Source: an uncultured bacterium
Lineage (GTDB): Bacteria > Ratteibacteria > UBA8468 > B48-G9 > JAFGKM01
Direction of reading: 5' to 3'
Length of the DNA: 45,353 nt
Assembly (NCBI GenBank): GCA_964421645.1
Contig: CAYQXZ010000002.1
Span: 1 to 45,353, forward strand
Below, one piece after another: positions 27,205 through 37,362 of the stretch. Position 1 is the first letter of the stretch. Each line of letters opens with the position of its first letter. Made by a program: the position numbers and the translations under genes. The notes beneath the pieces were generated by a model. The model was not told the DNA's origin. It worked only from the letters and a program-made list of their open reading frames with translations, and made no database searches.

Positions 27205-28923
27205 TCAGGATTTGGCAAGCCGGAGCTTGGTCTGGACTTCGCCGCCGTTGATGAGATGCAGGAGAGGCGTCGGCCTGTCCACGCCCTCAATGAACGACGG
27301 GCGCGTCTGCCACGGAGTCACGGACAGGACGTTTACCATGTCCATCCAGTACTCCAGTCTTGCGGGCTTGAGACCCCAGGTCATGTGGAAGTGGTTGGCA
27401 GGTGCGAACTGCTTGTATTCAATCATGGAAGCGTATTTCGGAACGACAAAAGTATGGGGCCAGGTGAAACTTGACGTTCTGCAAACTGCATCGGAGAGTT
27501 TCGCCGGCAATTCAACGGTCTGCGCTTCGTCCCATACAAGAGAGAACAAATTGGTCATGCTGCTGTATGCCATTCTTCCGGCTATGCCCTCAATGCCCGC
27601 GGGTGACACGAAGGTGACGGAGTTCCCCAGTCCCGGGAAATATCCCTCGTCGGCAAGCGGGAAGGATACGTTTGACATAATCTCCTTCAACGATGCACCT
27701 GGTTTCGCAGCCCAGTCAAAGGAGGCGCTGCCGGAGTTGTCGCCGTCTACAAATCCCTTCTTTTCCCATATTGTCCTGCCGGCCAGCTTAATGCCCTTCT
27801 GTTTTGCAAGCTGTTTGATTTCCCACGGCTCCCAGACCTTCCGGAAATCCATGAAAAGCGGAGGATTGCCCGCGGTAAGGTGTGTGAAAAAAAGCATCGT
27901 GAGCAGTCCCTGGACGTCCGCTTCGGTCGCGTAAGGAAGTGGCGCTTTCCTTCCGTTGTGGTCAAACGTTGAGTTGAAAAGCGATTCCATCGCATCGGCC
28001 ACCGGAAGCGGTGTACCGCGGCGGTCAGAACCCCACTCCAGCTGGCTCATGAATCCGCCGCCCACTGCGTTTATGTCCTTCATCACGTCCCTTACTATAA
28101 GATACATGGCAAGGGACTTGTTAAGTCGTTCGCTGTCTTCTTCGTTCCTCAATTCTATCCTTCCCTTGCAGAGAGTATTCAGCCAGTTCCGCAGTTCTTT
28201 CAGCTCATTGCCGTTGTATGCTTCCTTATTCAGCATGTCTGCGAGAAGTTTCATGTCAAGTCGGGTTATTTCAAGTCCGAAGGTGTTTCTCGTGGGTATG
28301 ACGTGCGCGAGCGCGGTTTCCATTCCCATTGAGTCGTGCCCGAATATGACCACGCGTCTGCCCTTCAGTGATTTGAACGCAAGGGCCGCATAGCACCAGT
28401 CAACAAGGTCATCCGCGGTCTTTCCGCTCATAACCGGATTCTGCCCGGTATCCGGCCAGGAGCCCACGTTGATATGCATCAGCTTGCCGTACTGTGCAAC
28501 CGCACCGCTGCAGGCATGGGTATAAACCACGCCTGGTTTCGGACCGCTATTGCCGCAGGTGAGATTCACCGGGGTATCCTCGGAAAACTGCTGCAGGAAA
28601 GAGATGAGCGTCAGCTGGGGAAAAGCCCACGTGTCCGGCGTGCCGACAAGGATATTCACGTTTGCATCCCTGAACTGGCCGGCAACGATGTCCGCCTGTT
28701 TTTCTCCGTCTATAAGGACGTCACTGTAAACGACTTTCACGGGAGTGCCGTCTATATTCCTGATGTTCTCGGCAACTGTATCGGCAGTCATTCTTATGAT
28801 ATTGGCCGCCCTGTCTCTTGACGCCCTGTCAACCCTCGGATCGCACGGTGCAAAAACTCCTATTACGGACTCTCCTATTCCGGTACCTTTTCCAGAACCG
28901 AGCCTTGTCGCTTTCATTTTCAT
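27205..28923 (-). CDS. L-fucose isomerase family sugar isomerase
   Basis: 572 aa, colinear from memory with E. coli FucI. For example NSTFDHNGRKAPLPYATEADVQGLLTMLF... resembles [29 protein letters not shown], and a TWPHTF...ANHFHMTWG tail. Substrate is not inferable. Confidence 0.7.
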   Translation of the reverse strand: MKMKATRLGSGKGTGIGESVIGVFAPCDPRVDRASRDRAANIIRMTADTVAENIRNIDGTPVKVVYSDVLIDGEKQADIVAGQFRDANVNILVGTPDTWAFPQLTLISFLQQFSEDTPVNLTCGNSGPKPGVVYTHACSGAVAQYGKLMHINVGSWPDTGQNPVMSGKTADDLVDWCYAALAFKSLKGRRVVIFGHDSMGMETALAHVIPTRNTFGLEITRLDMKLLADMLNKEAYNGNELKELRNWLNTLCKGRIELRNEEDSERLNKSLAMYLIVRDVMKDINAVGGGFMSQLEWGSDRRGTPLPVADAMESLFNSTFDHNGRKAPLPYATEADVQGLLTMLFFTHLTAGNPPLFMDFRKVWEPWEIKQLAKQKGIKLAGRTIWEKKGFVDGDNSGSASFDWAAKPGASLKEIMSNVSFPLADEGYFPGLGNSVTFVSPAGIEGIAGRMAYSSMTNLFSLVWDEAQTVELPAKLSDAVCRTSSFTWPHTFVVPKYASMIEYKQFAPANHFHMTWGLKPARLEYWMDMVNVLSVTPWQTRPSFIEGVDRPTPLLHLINGGEVQTKLRLAKS

Positions 28924-28927
28924 TCTC

Positions 28928-30985
28928 CTATTTCATCGCCTGCTTCCTGCTTAACTTCACCCTGCCCTGGTCGTCAACCCCCAGACACTTGACTTTAATC
29001 CTGTCTCCTTCTTTCACAACGTCTTCCACCTTGTTCACACGGTGGGGAGCAAGTTCGGAGATATGAACCAGCCCGTCCCGTCCCGGCAGAAATTTCACAA
29101 AAGCGCCGAAAGCCATAATTTTCACTACGGTACCTTCGTAAACCTTCCCCGCTTCCGGCTCTTCGGTCATTCCCCTGATTATTCCGGCGGCCGCCTCGCA
29201 TGCCGCGCTGTCCGGAGAATATATCCTTACCGTGCCGTCGTCGTCAATGTCTATCTCCGCACCCGTATCCTCTATGATTTTCTTTATGGTCTTGCCGCCC
29301 GGCCCGATTATAAGGCCGATCTTGTCCGTCTTAACCTTCAGCGAGAGTATCCTGGGCGCATAAGTGGACGTGGAAGGCCGCGGCTCTGCAATAGTCTGGT
29401 ACATCTTTTCAAGTATTTCTTTTCTCGCCTCGTTCGCCTGCGCGAGCGCCTCTTTGAATATCTCCGTGGTCATTCCGGTTTCCTTGATGTCCATCTGGAA
29501 ACCCGTAATTCCCTTCTCCGTTCCTGCAATCTTCAGGTCAAGGTTGCCGTAGTGATCTTCCTCGCCCGCAATGTCGGTAAGAAGTATATATTTATCGCCT
29601 TCCTTGATTATGCCCAGGGAAGCGCCTGCCACGTGTTTTTTTATTGGAACTCCCGCGTCCATCAGCGAGAGACTTCCCGCACATACCGTGGCCATGGACG
29701 AAGAGCCATTTGACTCAAGAATGTTGGCAACGATCCTTATGGTATAAGGAAACTCCTCCTCTCCGGGAATAAGGAAAGCGAGGGAACGTTCCGCGAGGGC
29801 ACCGTGGCCTATCTCACGTCTTGATGTGCCTCTCAAGAAAGCGACTTCGCCCACGGAAAACGGCGGGAAATTATAGTGCAGCATGAACCGCTTCGTCATT
29901 TCCTCGTGCAGTCCCTCTATCCTCTGTTCGTCCCTGCTTGTACCCAGGGTCAGGGAGGAGAGACACTGGGTCTGTCCTCTGGTAAAGAGGGCGGAGCCGT
30001 GCGTTCTGGGCAGAAGCCCCACACTGCAGGAAACAGGCCTTACCTGTTTAGGATGCCTGCCGTCCAGACGTTTGCCTGTTTCAAGTATCATCTTTCTTAT
30101 CTTGTCGGCAAGCACTCTCTCAAAAATCTTCTTTGCTGCAACCTTAACGGTCTCGTCCTCAAACCCGGCAAGGAACTCCTCTTGCATTTTCTTGTAGAAC
30201 TCTTCCCTTGCATTTTTTTCCGGGAACTCGTAGGCCCGCATTATCCGGCCGGAAATGAAATCCACCGTGCTTTTCACAAGGGATTCGTCTTCCTCCGGCG
30301 CCTTGACTTCCTCTTTCTCAACGGCACATTCCTTCTGGCCATCTATGATCTTTTTTATCGCAGCATGCCCGGTCTCAATACATTGAAGAAACTGCTCTTC
30401 CGTGAATTCCAGCCCGGAGCCTTCAACCATCACTATTGAGTCTTCGGTTCCTGAAATGATTATGTCTATTGAGCTGTTCTCCATCTCTTTGAACGTGGGA
30501 TTTATAACGTACTTGCCGTCAATGTACCCGACCCTCACCGCGCCAATTGGCCCCTTAAAGGGGATTTTTGAGCATGTAAGAGCCAGGGAGGTCGCAACCA
30601 CCGAAATCGCATCGGGATTGTGCTCCATGTCGGAAGAGAGGACGTTGACGATGACCTGGACTTCCTTGAAATAGTGCTCCGGGAAAAGCGGCCTTATTGA
30701 ACGGTCTATTATGCGGCTTACCAGGATCTCCCTTTCACTCGGCCTGCCCTCTCTCTTAAAGAATCCGCCGGGGATCCTGCCTGCGGCCGAGATATGCTCC
30801 CTGTAATCGCAGCTCAAAGGGAAATATCCAAGGTCTTCCCTTGATTCTTTTGAACTTACGACGGTGGCAAGAACCACGGTATCGCCTACTCTCGCCCATA
30901 CGGAACCGTCACTCTGTTTTGCAACGAAATTCACGTCCAGCAACAGATTATTGCTGCCAAACGGTACCTCCACTTTCTTATTCAT
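28928..30985 (-). CDS. pnp: Polyribonucleotide nucleotidyltransferase (PNPase)
   Basis: Two RNase PH domains, KH (IGPGGKTIKKIIEDTGAEIDI) and S1 (GKVYEGTVVKIMAFGAFVKF...GLVHISEL). Confidence 0.95.
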   Translation of the reverse strand: MNKKVEVPFGSNNLLLDVNFVAKQSDGSVWARVGDTVVLATVVSSKESREDLGYFPLSCDYREHISAAGRIPGGFFKREGRPSEREILVSRIIDRSIRPLFPEHYFKEVQVIVNVLSSDMEHNPDAISVVATSLALTCSKIPFKGPIGAVRVGYIDGKYVINPTFKEMENSSIDIIISGTEDSIVMVEGSGLEFTEEQFLQCIETGHAAIKKIIDGQKECAVEKEEVKAPEEDESLVKSTVDFISGRIMRAYEFPEKNAREEFYKKMQEEFLAGFEDETVKVAAKKIFERVLADKIRKMILETGKRLDGRHPKQVRPVSCSVGLLPRTHGSALFTRGQTQCLSSLTLGTSRDEQRIEGLHEEMTKRFMLHYNFPPFSVGEVAFLRGTSRREIGHGALAERSLAFLIPGEEEFPYTIRIVANILESNGSSSMATVCAGSLSLMDAGVPIKKHVAGASLGIIKEGDKYILLTDIAGEEDHYGNLDLKIAGTEKGITGFQMDIKETGMTTEIFKEALAQANEARKEILEKMYQTIAEPRPSTSTYAPRILSLKVKTDKIGLIIGPGGKTIKKIIEDTGAEIDIDDDGTVRIYSPDSAACEAAAGIIRGMTEEPEAGKVYEGTVVKIMAFGAFVKFLPGRDGLVHISELAPHRVNKVEDVVKEGDRIKVKCLGVDDQGRVKLSRKQAMK

Positions 30986-30992
30986 TTTTTTC

Positions 30993-31259
30993 TCACTTTC
31001 GGAGGTTCAGTTTTTTGATAATTTCCTGGTACTTGGCGGGATCTTCAATCTGGAGATATTTGAGAAGTCTTCGTCTCTGCCCGATAAGCTTCAAAAAGCC
31101 GCGTCTTGAGTTGGTATCTTTCTTGAACTTTTCAAAGTGTTCGTTAAGAGCCTCAATCCTCCTTGTAAGCAAAACGATCTGAACCTCCGGGGACCCGGTA
31201 TCTTTTGCATGTCTCCCAAAATCCTTGACCACTTCCTGCTTCTTTTCCGTCACTAACAT
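30993..31259 (-). CDS. rpsO: 30S ribosomal protein S15
   Basis: [48 protein letters not shown]. ATG at 31259 gives an 88-aa protein; the ORF track starts upstream at 31307. Confidence 0.93.
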   Translation of the reverse strand: [88 protein letters not shown]

Positions 31260-31362
31260 TTTCCTCTCCTCTTTCGTAGCGGTGGCATTCATGCCGCAAT
31301 CTAACATGCGATGAATCTACACAGCTTCACAGTAGAGTAGATTATACAATCCGCAAATATTT

Positions 31363-31390
31363 TTGTCAACAATCCGTTTTGTGGTAAATT
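31363..31390 (+). promoter_or_regulatory. Putative hisS promoter
   Basis: TTGTCA (31363-31368), 16 nt, TGgTAAATT extended -10 (hexamer 31385-31390). Only 9 nt and no SD before the ATG at 31400. Confidence 0.4.
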
Positions 31391-31399
31391 ATATACCCT

Positions 31400-32650
31400 A
31401 TGGGTACATACAACAAGGTGCGTGGCATGCATGATCTCCTGCCAGGTGAGACAGAAAAATGGCAGTCCGCCGAGCAAATTCTCGCGTCCGTGGCGAAACT
31501 CTACGGCTACAGAGAAATCCGGCCTCCGGTTATAGAGGAACGGGCCCTTTTTGAGAGAAGCATAGGGACCTCTTCCGACATAATTTCAAAGGAAATCTAC
31601 TGTTTCCAGGACAGGAAGGGGCGTAACCTCGCCTTAAGGCCGGAAGGCACGGCCTCGGTCGTCAGGGCATTTGTAGAATCTGAACTGTCTCACCGGAAGA
31701 AAATTACCCGGCTCTACTATTACGGGCAGATGTTCAGGTATGACCGTCCCCAGAAAGGCAGGTACCGGCAGTTCTACCAGTTCGGCGTGGAACTCCTGGG
31801 AGGAACCCACCCGTACTTTGACGGGGAAGTAATGGAGATGCTTGATGCAATGCTCAAGAAACTGAACGTGCCTGACCACTTTTTCAGTATCAACACGCTC
31901 GGATGTACAGAATGCAAAAACCGGTATACTGAAATAATCAGGGATCGGTTGTCAGGCAAGCGGGATTCTTTATGCCCTGACTGCAACGTCCGGCTTGAAA
32001 CCGCACCATTGAGAATACTGGACTGCAAGAGCAGCCAGTGCAGGGAGACAGCAAAGACCGCCCCGGGAATTACGGAAATACTGTGCGAAGAATGCAGGAG
32101 CCATTTCGGGCAGGTTCAGGAATACCTGCTGAAGGCCGGCATCCCCTTCAAGGTGCAGCCCAGTCTGGTCAGGGGACTTGATTATTACACGCGGACGGTA
32201 TTTGAGCTGTACGTCAAGGACGACGAGAATGCCGTAGCGGCAGGCGGCAGATACGACACTCTTGTTAAGGATCTTGGAGGACCCGATATCCCTTCAGTGG
32301 GATTTGCCATTGGGATGGAACGGCTGATTTCCCTTCTGGAAGAGTCAACTGAAAAACCGCCTGCTCCCGTTTACTGCATATTCATGGGCAGGGAAGCACA
32401 GCTCAAAGGAATTGAAATCGTGAGCTCATTGCGAAATGCGGGGTTGATGACGGTAACCGATTACGAAGACCGCGGGCTGAAGGGACACCTTAAGGAAGCG
32501 GACAGGGCCGGAGCGAAGTGGTGCATAATACTGGGCGAACTTGAAATGGACAAGAATGAAATCGTCGTGAAAAACATGGTTACGGGGCAACAGCAGAATG
32601 TTCCTGTGGACGACTGCGTGAAGAGACTAAAGGAGCTGGTAAATGCTTAG
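31400..32650 (+). CDS. hisS: Histidyl-tRNA synthetase
   Basis: Class II motifs ([33 protein letters not shown]) and a C-terminal anticodon-binding domain. Confidence 0.94.
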   Translation: MGTYNKVRGMHDLLPGETEKWQSAEQILASVAKLYGYREIRPPVIEERALFERSIGTSSDIISKEIYCFQDRKGRNLALRPEGTASVVRAFVESELSHRKKITRLYYYGQMFRYDRPQKGRYRQFYQFGVELLGGTHPYFDGEVMEMLDAMLKKLNVPDHFFSINTLGCTECKNRYTEIIRDRLSGKRDSLCPDCNVRLETAPLRILDCKSSQCRETAKTAPGITEILCEECRSHFGQVQEYLLKAGIPFKVQPSLVRGLDYYTRTVFELYVKDDENAVAAGGRYDTLVKDLGGPDIPSVGFAIGMERLISLLEESTEKPPAPVYCIFMGREAQLKGIEIVSSLRNAGLMTVTDYEDRGLKGHLKEADRAGAKWCIILGELEMDKNEIVVKNMVTGQQQNVPVDDCVKRLKELVNA

Positions 32651-34412
32651 AAGCCACAACTGCGGAGAATTGACTGGCAGAAACCTCGGAGAAACGGTGA
32701 AGCTTTCCGGGTGGGTACACTCAATCAGAGACCACGGCGGATTGACTTTTTTTGACGTCCGGGACAGGTACGGAATTACACAGGTGGTATGCTCACCCGA
32801 TGATACGGACAATAAAATCCTTGAGGAAATAAAGACTTTGAGGAACGAATGGGTCGTAACCGTTGAAGGGGTCGTCATAAAAAGGCCGGAGGAAACGGTA
32901 AATCCGAAAATTCCCACGGGTGAGATAGAGATACAGATAAAGAAATTCAAGGTGTTGAACAGGTCCCTGCCGCTGCCTTTTGAAATTGCAGAAGCGGACA
33001 AGACCAACGAGATGCTCAAGCTGAAATACAGGTACCTTGACATTCGCAGTTCAAGGATTAGCCGAAACCTCCATAAGCGGGCTTTATTCTGCCACAAGAT
33101 ACGGGAATTCCTGACGGCGGAAAACTTCATTGACGTGGAAACCCCGGTTCTCACAAAGAGCACACCGGAAGGAGCCAGGGATTTCATCGTACCCTCAAGA
33201 ATGAACCCGGGAAGATTTTATGCGCTTCCGCAATCTCCGCAGCTTTTCAAACAGCTGCTCATGATCGGCGGCATTGACAGGTATTTTCAGATAGCAAAAT
33301 GCTTCAGGGACGAGGACCTGCGGGCGGACAGGCAGCCGGAATTCACGCAGGTAGACATGGAAATGTCCTTCGTAGAAGAAGAGGACGTTATCTCTATCAC
33401 CGAGAGAATGCTGCAGTACGCTATCAGGGAGGCGTTCGGCATGGAGGTTGAGATTCCTTTTCCGAGGATGTCCTACGACAACGCGATTTCAAAATACGGA
33501 TGTGATACCCCGGACCTGAGATTCTCTCTTGAATACAGAGATCTTTCACCCGTATTTGCAAAGACGGATATAAAGATCCTGAAAAGTATCATGGAAAAAG
33601 GCGGGATAATAAAAGGTTTCTCCGTGCTCAAAGGAGAAAAGATATCGCTGAAGGATCTGGAGAATATTGACAAAATGGTAAGAGAGGCCGGAGGCGGGGG
33701 ACTTGGATGGGCAAGGTTCAAGGGCAGCGAGGTGCAAAGCCCGTTCAAGAAATTTATAACGCCGGAGATTGCCGCAGAGCTGAAGGCGGAAAATGCGTCC
33801 GATAACACCGTAATATTTTTCCTTGGAGGAAAGCTCAAGCAGGTAAATGAAAACCTGAACCTGATAAAGAAGACGATACTGGGAAAAATCTTCACCCCGG
33901 AACCAGGCGTTTTTAAATTCACCTGGGTCACGGAATTTCCGCTCTTTGAATACAACGAGGAAGAGAAGCGTCTCCAGGCCGTGCATCATCCTTTCACCTC
34001 CCCCAGAGAAGCTGACATGCCGAAATTCAAGACGGACCCTGCCGGCATGAAATCAAGGGCATACGACATAGTTTTGAACGGCATAGAGATCGGGGGAGGA
34101 AGCATAAGAATCAACGTAAGAGACATACAGGAAGAGGTCTTCAGGATCATCGGTGTCAGCCGCGAGGTATCGCTTGAGAGGTTTGGATTCCTTCTTGAGG
34201 CGCTGGAATACGGAGCACCCCCCCACGGCGGGATTGCCCTCGGACTTGACAGGCTCATAATGTTGCTGACCGGTGAAGAAAGCATCAGGGAAACCATCGC
34301 TTTCCCCAAGACGCAGAAAGGGACGTGTCCCCTGACGGACGCACCGGGCGAAGTCGAGGAGCTCCTGTTGAAAGAGAACAGAATAAAAATTGACATTCAC
34401 AAGCCCGAGTGA
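32643..34412 (+). CDS. aspS: Aspartyl-tRNA synthetase
   Basis: OB-fold N-terminus, [45 protein letters not shown]. Confidence 0.95.
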   Translation: MLRSHNCGELTGRNLGETVKLSGWVHSIRDHGGLTFFDVRDRYGITQVVCSPDDTDNKILEEIKTLRNEWVVTVEGVVIKRPEETVNPKIPTGEIEIQIKKFKVLNRSLPLPFEIAEADKTNEMLKLKYRYLDIRSSRISRNLHKRALFCHKIREFLTAENFIDVETPVLTKSTPEGARDFIVPSRMNPGRFYALPQSPQLFKQLLMIGGIDRYFQIAKCFRDEDLRADRQPEFTQVDMEMSFVEEEDVISITERMLQYAIREAFGMEVEIPFPRMSYDNAISKYGCDTPDLRFSLEYRDLSPVFAKTDIKILKSIMEKGGIIKGFSVLKGEKISLKDLENIDKMVREAGGGGLGWARFKGSEVQSPFKKFITPEIAAELKAENASDNTVIFFLGGKLKQVNENLNLIKKTILGKIFTPEPGVFKFTWVTEFPLFEYNEEEKRLQAVHHPFTSPREADMPKFKTDPAGMKSRAYDIVLNGIEIGGGSIRINVRDIQEEVFRIIGVSREVSLERFGFLLEALEYGAPPHGGIALGLDRLIMLLTGEESIRETIAFPKTQKGTCPLTDAPGEVEELLLKENRIKIDIHKPE

Positions 34413-34472
34413 TATTATTAAGCCTGTAGAATTCTTAATCCAAAATCCTGAACTTCAGACAGTTAAAGGGAG

Positions 34473-35246
34473 ATGGCAAAAATGAAAAGAGAAACGGGTA
34501 TACTTCTGGCGGTAATGTTGTTCGCGTCCGGTTGCGCAACGACACAGAAACAGAAAGAGCCCACCCAGAGCGAACAGGAAATCATGGACATTAAGATGAA
34601 ACAGCTGCTTTCCATATCTGAAACAAGCCTGGAAGTGAGCAAGAAAGCTGAGGAAACTGCGAAGGAATCACTGGAAACAAGCCGGAAAGCGGAACTCACC
34701 AGCGAAAAAGCACTTGAAGCCTCCAATAAAGCCACCGAAGCAGCAAACGAAGCCAGGAAGTATACCGAACAGGAAGTTGCAAAGGCCATCACGGCAACGA
34801 ATGAAACCAGGCAATTCGCCGAAGAAGAATCCCAGAAGGCGATTGACTCGTCAAACAGGGCGTCAAAAACCGCAATGGACCATGCGGACAGGTCTGCGGA
34901 AAGAGCGATTGCCGCGGCAAACGAAGCGATAAAAGCCGCTAACGACTCAAGCGAAAAATCTATAGCCGTTGCCAACCAGACGATTGCGGAAATCAACCGG
35001 CTGAGAGCCACGGTAAAGATGCAGCAGGAACAGGAACCTATTCTCAAGGAAGAACCCTTATCGCCTGTAACCAGCGGCATCTCCTCACCGAAATCCTACA
35101 CGGTGAAGCGCGGCGACACCTTGAGCGGTATTGCATCCATGAATTACAAGGATGCCGGGAAGTGGAAGAAGATATACGATGCGAACAAGGACGTCATAAA
35201 AAATCCCAACGTTCTTATTCCCGGGACGAAGATAGTCATACCGTAA
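34473..35246 (+). CDS. Lipoprotein with low-complexity helical repeats and a C-terminal LysM domain
   Basis: Lipobox-like LFASGC. E/A/K/S-rich repeats. LysM: YTVKRGDTLSGIAS...YDANKDVIKNPNVLIPGTKIVIP. Confidence 0.8.
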   Translation: MAKMKRETGILLAVMLFASGCATTQKQKEPTQSEQEIMDIKMKQLLSISETSLEVSKKAEETAKESLETSRKAELTSEKALEASNKATEAANEARKYTEQEVAKAITATNETRQFAEEESQKAIDSSNRASKTAMDHADRSAERAIAAANEAIKAANDSSEKSIAVANQTIAEINRLRATVKMQQEQEPILKEEPLSPVTSGISSPKSYTVKRGDTLSGIASMNYKDAGKWKKIYDANKDVIKNPNVLIPGTKIVIP

Positions 35247-35247
35247 A

Positions 35248-36273
35248 ATGTTCCAGATCAGAGAATTTCTGCTCTCCAACGAAGAAGCACAGATAATATC
35301 CGGGAGCAGGGATGCCAACCTTGAGTATATAGAACAGCTGATGCACGTCCAGATCTTTGCGAGAGGCAACATTCTCAAGATAAAAGGCGAAAACGACTTC
35401 GTGGATCGGACAGTAAGACTCCTGGAAAGGGTCCAGGGCTACGTTGGAAACAGAAGTAGTCTCCATAAGACTGATATCCTCCGCCTTGCAGAAGAATGCA
35501 CGCCCATTCAGGAAAAAGGCGCCCTGAACACGGACTCAATCCTGGTGGATTCAAAAAGAAGAACGATCCATCCCAGGGGCCCGAACCAAAAAAAATACGT
35601 TGAGGCAATCAGGAACTATGACCTTGTGATGGGCATAGGCCCTGCGGGAACCGGCAAAACCTACCTGGCGGTTGCCTGCGGAATTGAGATGGTGAAGCAG
35701 GGACACTTCCAGAAAATAGTACTGACAAGACCCGCACTTGAAGCAGGAGAAAAGCTTGGCTTTTTGCCCGGCGACCTTGAAGAGAAAATCAAGCCTTACC
35801 TTCAGCCCATATACGATTCCATATACGACATAATGCGCTATGACGAGATTAGAAAATGGACGGAACGGAAAATTTTGGAGATCGTACCGCTGGCCTACAT
35901 GAGAGGGAGAACGTTGAGTAATGCATTCATAATACTTGACGAAGCCCAGAACACCACTTTTGAGCAGATGAAAATGTTCCTGACACGGATCGGGTTGAAT
36001 TCCAAGGCCGTGGTAACCGGCGATATAACGCAGATAGACATACCCCTTTCATCCGTAACATCCGGCCTGGTGGAGATACAGAATATTCTTCACAGGGTAA
36101 GCGGCATAAAATTCGTGTACTTCTCAAACAGGGACGTTGTGAGACATTCTCTCGTAAAGAAGATAATCAACGCCTATGAAAGACACAGCAGGGAAAAGAA
36201 ACCCGGAATTCCTGGTAGAAAACCGACAGAAGAAGATCAGGATATATCCGGACAGGATAAGAACGCGCATTGA
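35248..36273 (+). CDS. phoH: PhoH-family ATPase (YbeZ-like)
   Basis: Walker A GPAGTGKTYLAVA, Walker B FIILDEAQN, VTGDITQID. Confidence 0.92.
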   Translation: MFQIREFLLSNEEAQIISGSRDANLEYIEQLMHVQIFARGNILKIKGENDFVDRTVRLLERVQGYVGNRSSLHKTDILRLAEECTPIQEKGALNTDSILVDSKRRTIHPRGPNQKKYVEAIRNYDLVMGIGPAGTGKTYLAVACGIEMVKQGHFQKIVLTRPALEAGEKLGFLPGDLEEKIKPYLQPIYDSIYDIMRYDEIRKWTERKILEIVPLAYMRGRTLSNAFIILDEAQNTTFEQMKMFLTRIGLNSKAVVTGDITQIDIPLSSVTSGLVEIQNILHRVSGIKFVYFSNRDVVRHSLVKKIINAYERHSREKKPGIPGRKPTEEDQDISGQDKNAH

Positions 36274-36631
36274 AAAATCTTCCGGACTCTTTGAGCGCCC
36301 GCCCTCCCGGATAGGCGTGATACTGGTCGGCCGGAGAAAGATCAGGGAGCTTAACCGGCAATTCCTTAATAAAAACGCGGATACCGACGTAATGAGTTTC
36401 AGGATATCAAGGGATTACGGGGAAATCGTGATTTCGGCCGAAACGGCAGCAGAAAACGCCGTCACGTACGGGCTGACAACTGAAAACGAGATACTTTACC
36501 TTGTAATGCACGGTTACCTGCATCTGAAAAACTACAGGGATTACACGGAACGGGAGAGAAAAAGGATGTTTGACAAACAGGACGGCATGTTCAGAGAATT
36601 GATGAAAAAATCAAGGGGTGTACGGCGATGA
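36176..36631 (+). CDS. ybeY: YbeY-family rRNA maturation endoribonuclease (variant metal motif)
   Basis: Position after phoH. Motif VMHGYLHLKNYRD corresponds to the canonical HGxLHLxGYDH. The only ATG start (36176) overlaps phoH by 98 nt. Confidence 0.8.
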   Translation: MKDTAGKRNPEFLVENRQKKIRIYPDRIRTRIEKSSGLFERPPSRIGVILVGRRKIRELNRQFLNKNADTDVMSFRISRDYGEIVISAETAAENAVTYGLTTENEILYLVMHGYLHLKNYRDYTERERKRMFDKQDGMFRELMKKSRGVRR

Positions 36632-37362
36632 ACGCGGAAAAGAACGGCAGAAAACAGGATATCGTTGCAAGTTTCAATTCCGCGCTGGCCGGATTGCTCT
36701 ACGTTCTCAAGAAGGAGCGGAATTTCAAGATACACGTGGTTGCCGCAATTCTTGTCATAATTCTCGGCCTTTTCCTCAAACTGCCGATTCCGGAATTCCT
36801 TCTCCTGCTGATTGTTATCACAATTGTGATGACTGCCGAACTGATAAATACGGTGGTGGAGATAGTAATTGACGTTTTCATAGAGGAGTACCATTTTGAA
36901 GCAAAAAAAGCCAAGGACATATCGGCCGCGGCGGTGTTGCTGGCGGCGATCCTTTCGGTGATAGTCGGCTACCTGATATTCGTGAAACATTTCCCCGCGG
37001 GATGGAGAAACATGTTTGACAACATAGCGGCATCTCCATGGCACATGAGTTTCACCGCACTCGTGCTGGTGGTCTCCCTTTCACTTTTTGCCAAGTTTGT
37101 CATAGAAAAGAAATACTCCATATCGGGAGGAATGCCAAGCATCCACAGCGTTATCGCCTTCAGTATCTGGACTGCGATATCAATCTTCACGTTCAGCGAA
37201 TTTCCGGTTATTTCCCTGCTCGTATTAATTCTTGCATTCTGGGTTGCCCAGAGCCGGGTCTTGAGGGGAATTCACAAACCCGCAGAGGTGGTCGCAGGCG
37301 GCATTATAGGAATTTTTCTCACCACGCTCTTTTTCCAATTGATAGGGGTCATATCACGGTAA
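36628..37362 (+). CDS. dgkA: Fusion of DgkA-type diacylglycerol/undecaprenol kinase with a PAP2-like phosphatase module
   Basis: N-terminal half has DgkA motifs (RNFKIH, ELINTVVE..ID, AKKAKDISAAAVL). C-terminal half has PAP2 C2/C3-like motifs (MPSIHS; SRVLRGIHKPAEVVAG). Confidence 0.75.
   Translation: MNAEKNGRKQDIVASFNSALAGLLYVLKKERNFKIHVVAAILVIILGLFLKLPIPEFLLLLIVITIVMTAELINTVVEIVIDVFIEEYHFEAKKAKDISAAAVLLAAILSVIVGYLIFVKHFPAGWRNMFDNIAASPWHMSFTALVLVVSLSLFAKFVIEKKYSISGGMPSIHSVIAFSIWTAISIFTFSEFPVISLLVLILAFWVAQSRVLRGIHKPAEVVAGGIIGIFLTTLFFQLIGVISR

Noticed and set aside
31260-31330. Imperfect hairpin (ATTCAT-CGC ... GCG-GC-ATGAAT on the minus strand) in the rpsO leader, possibly an S15 autoregulatory structure
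   Set aside because: S15 operators differ between phyla, and I cannot match this to a known fold by eye. A single 9-bp interrupted helix is not sufficient evidence.
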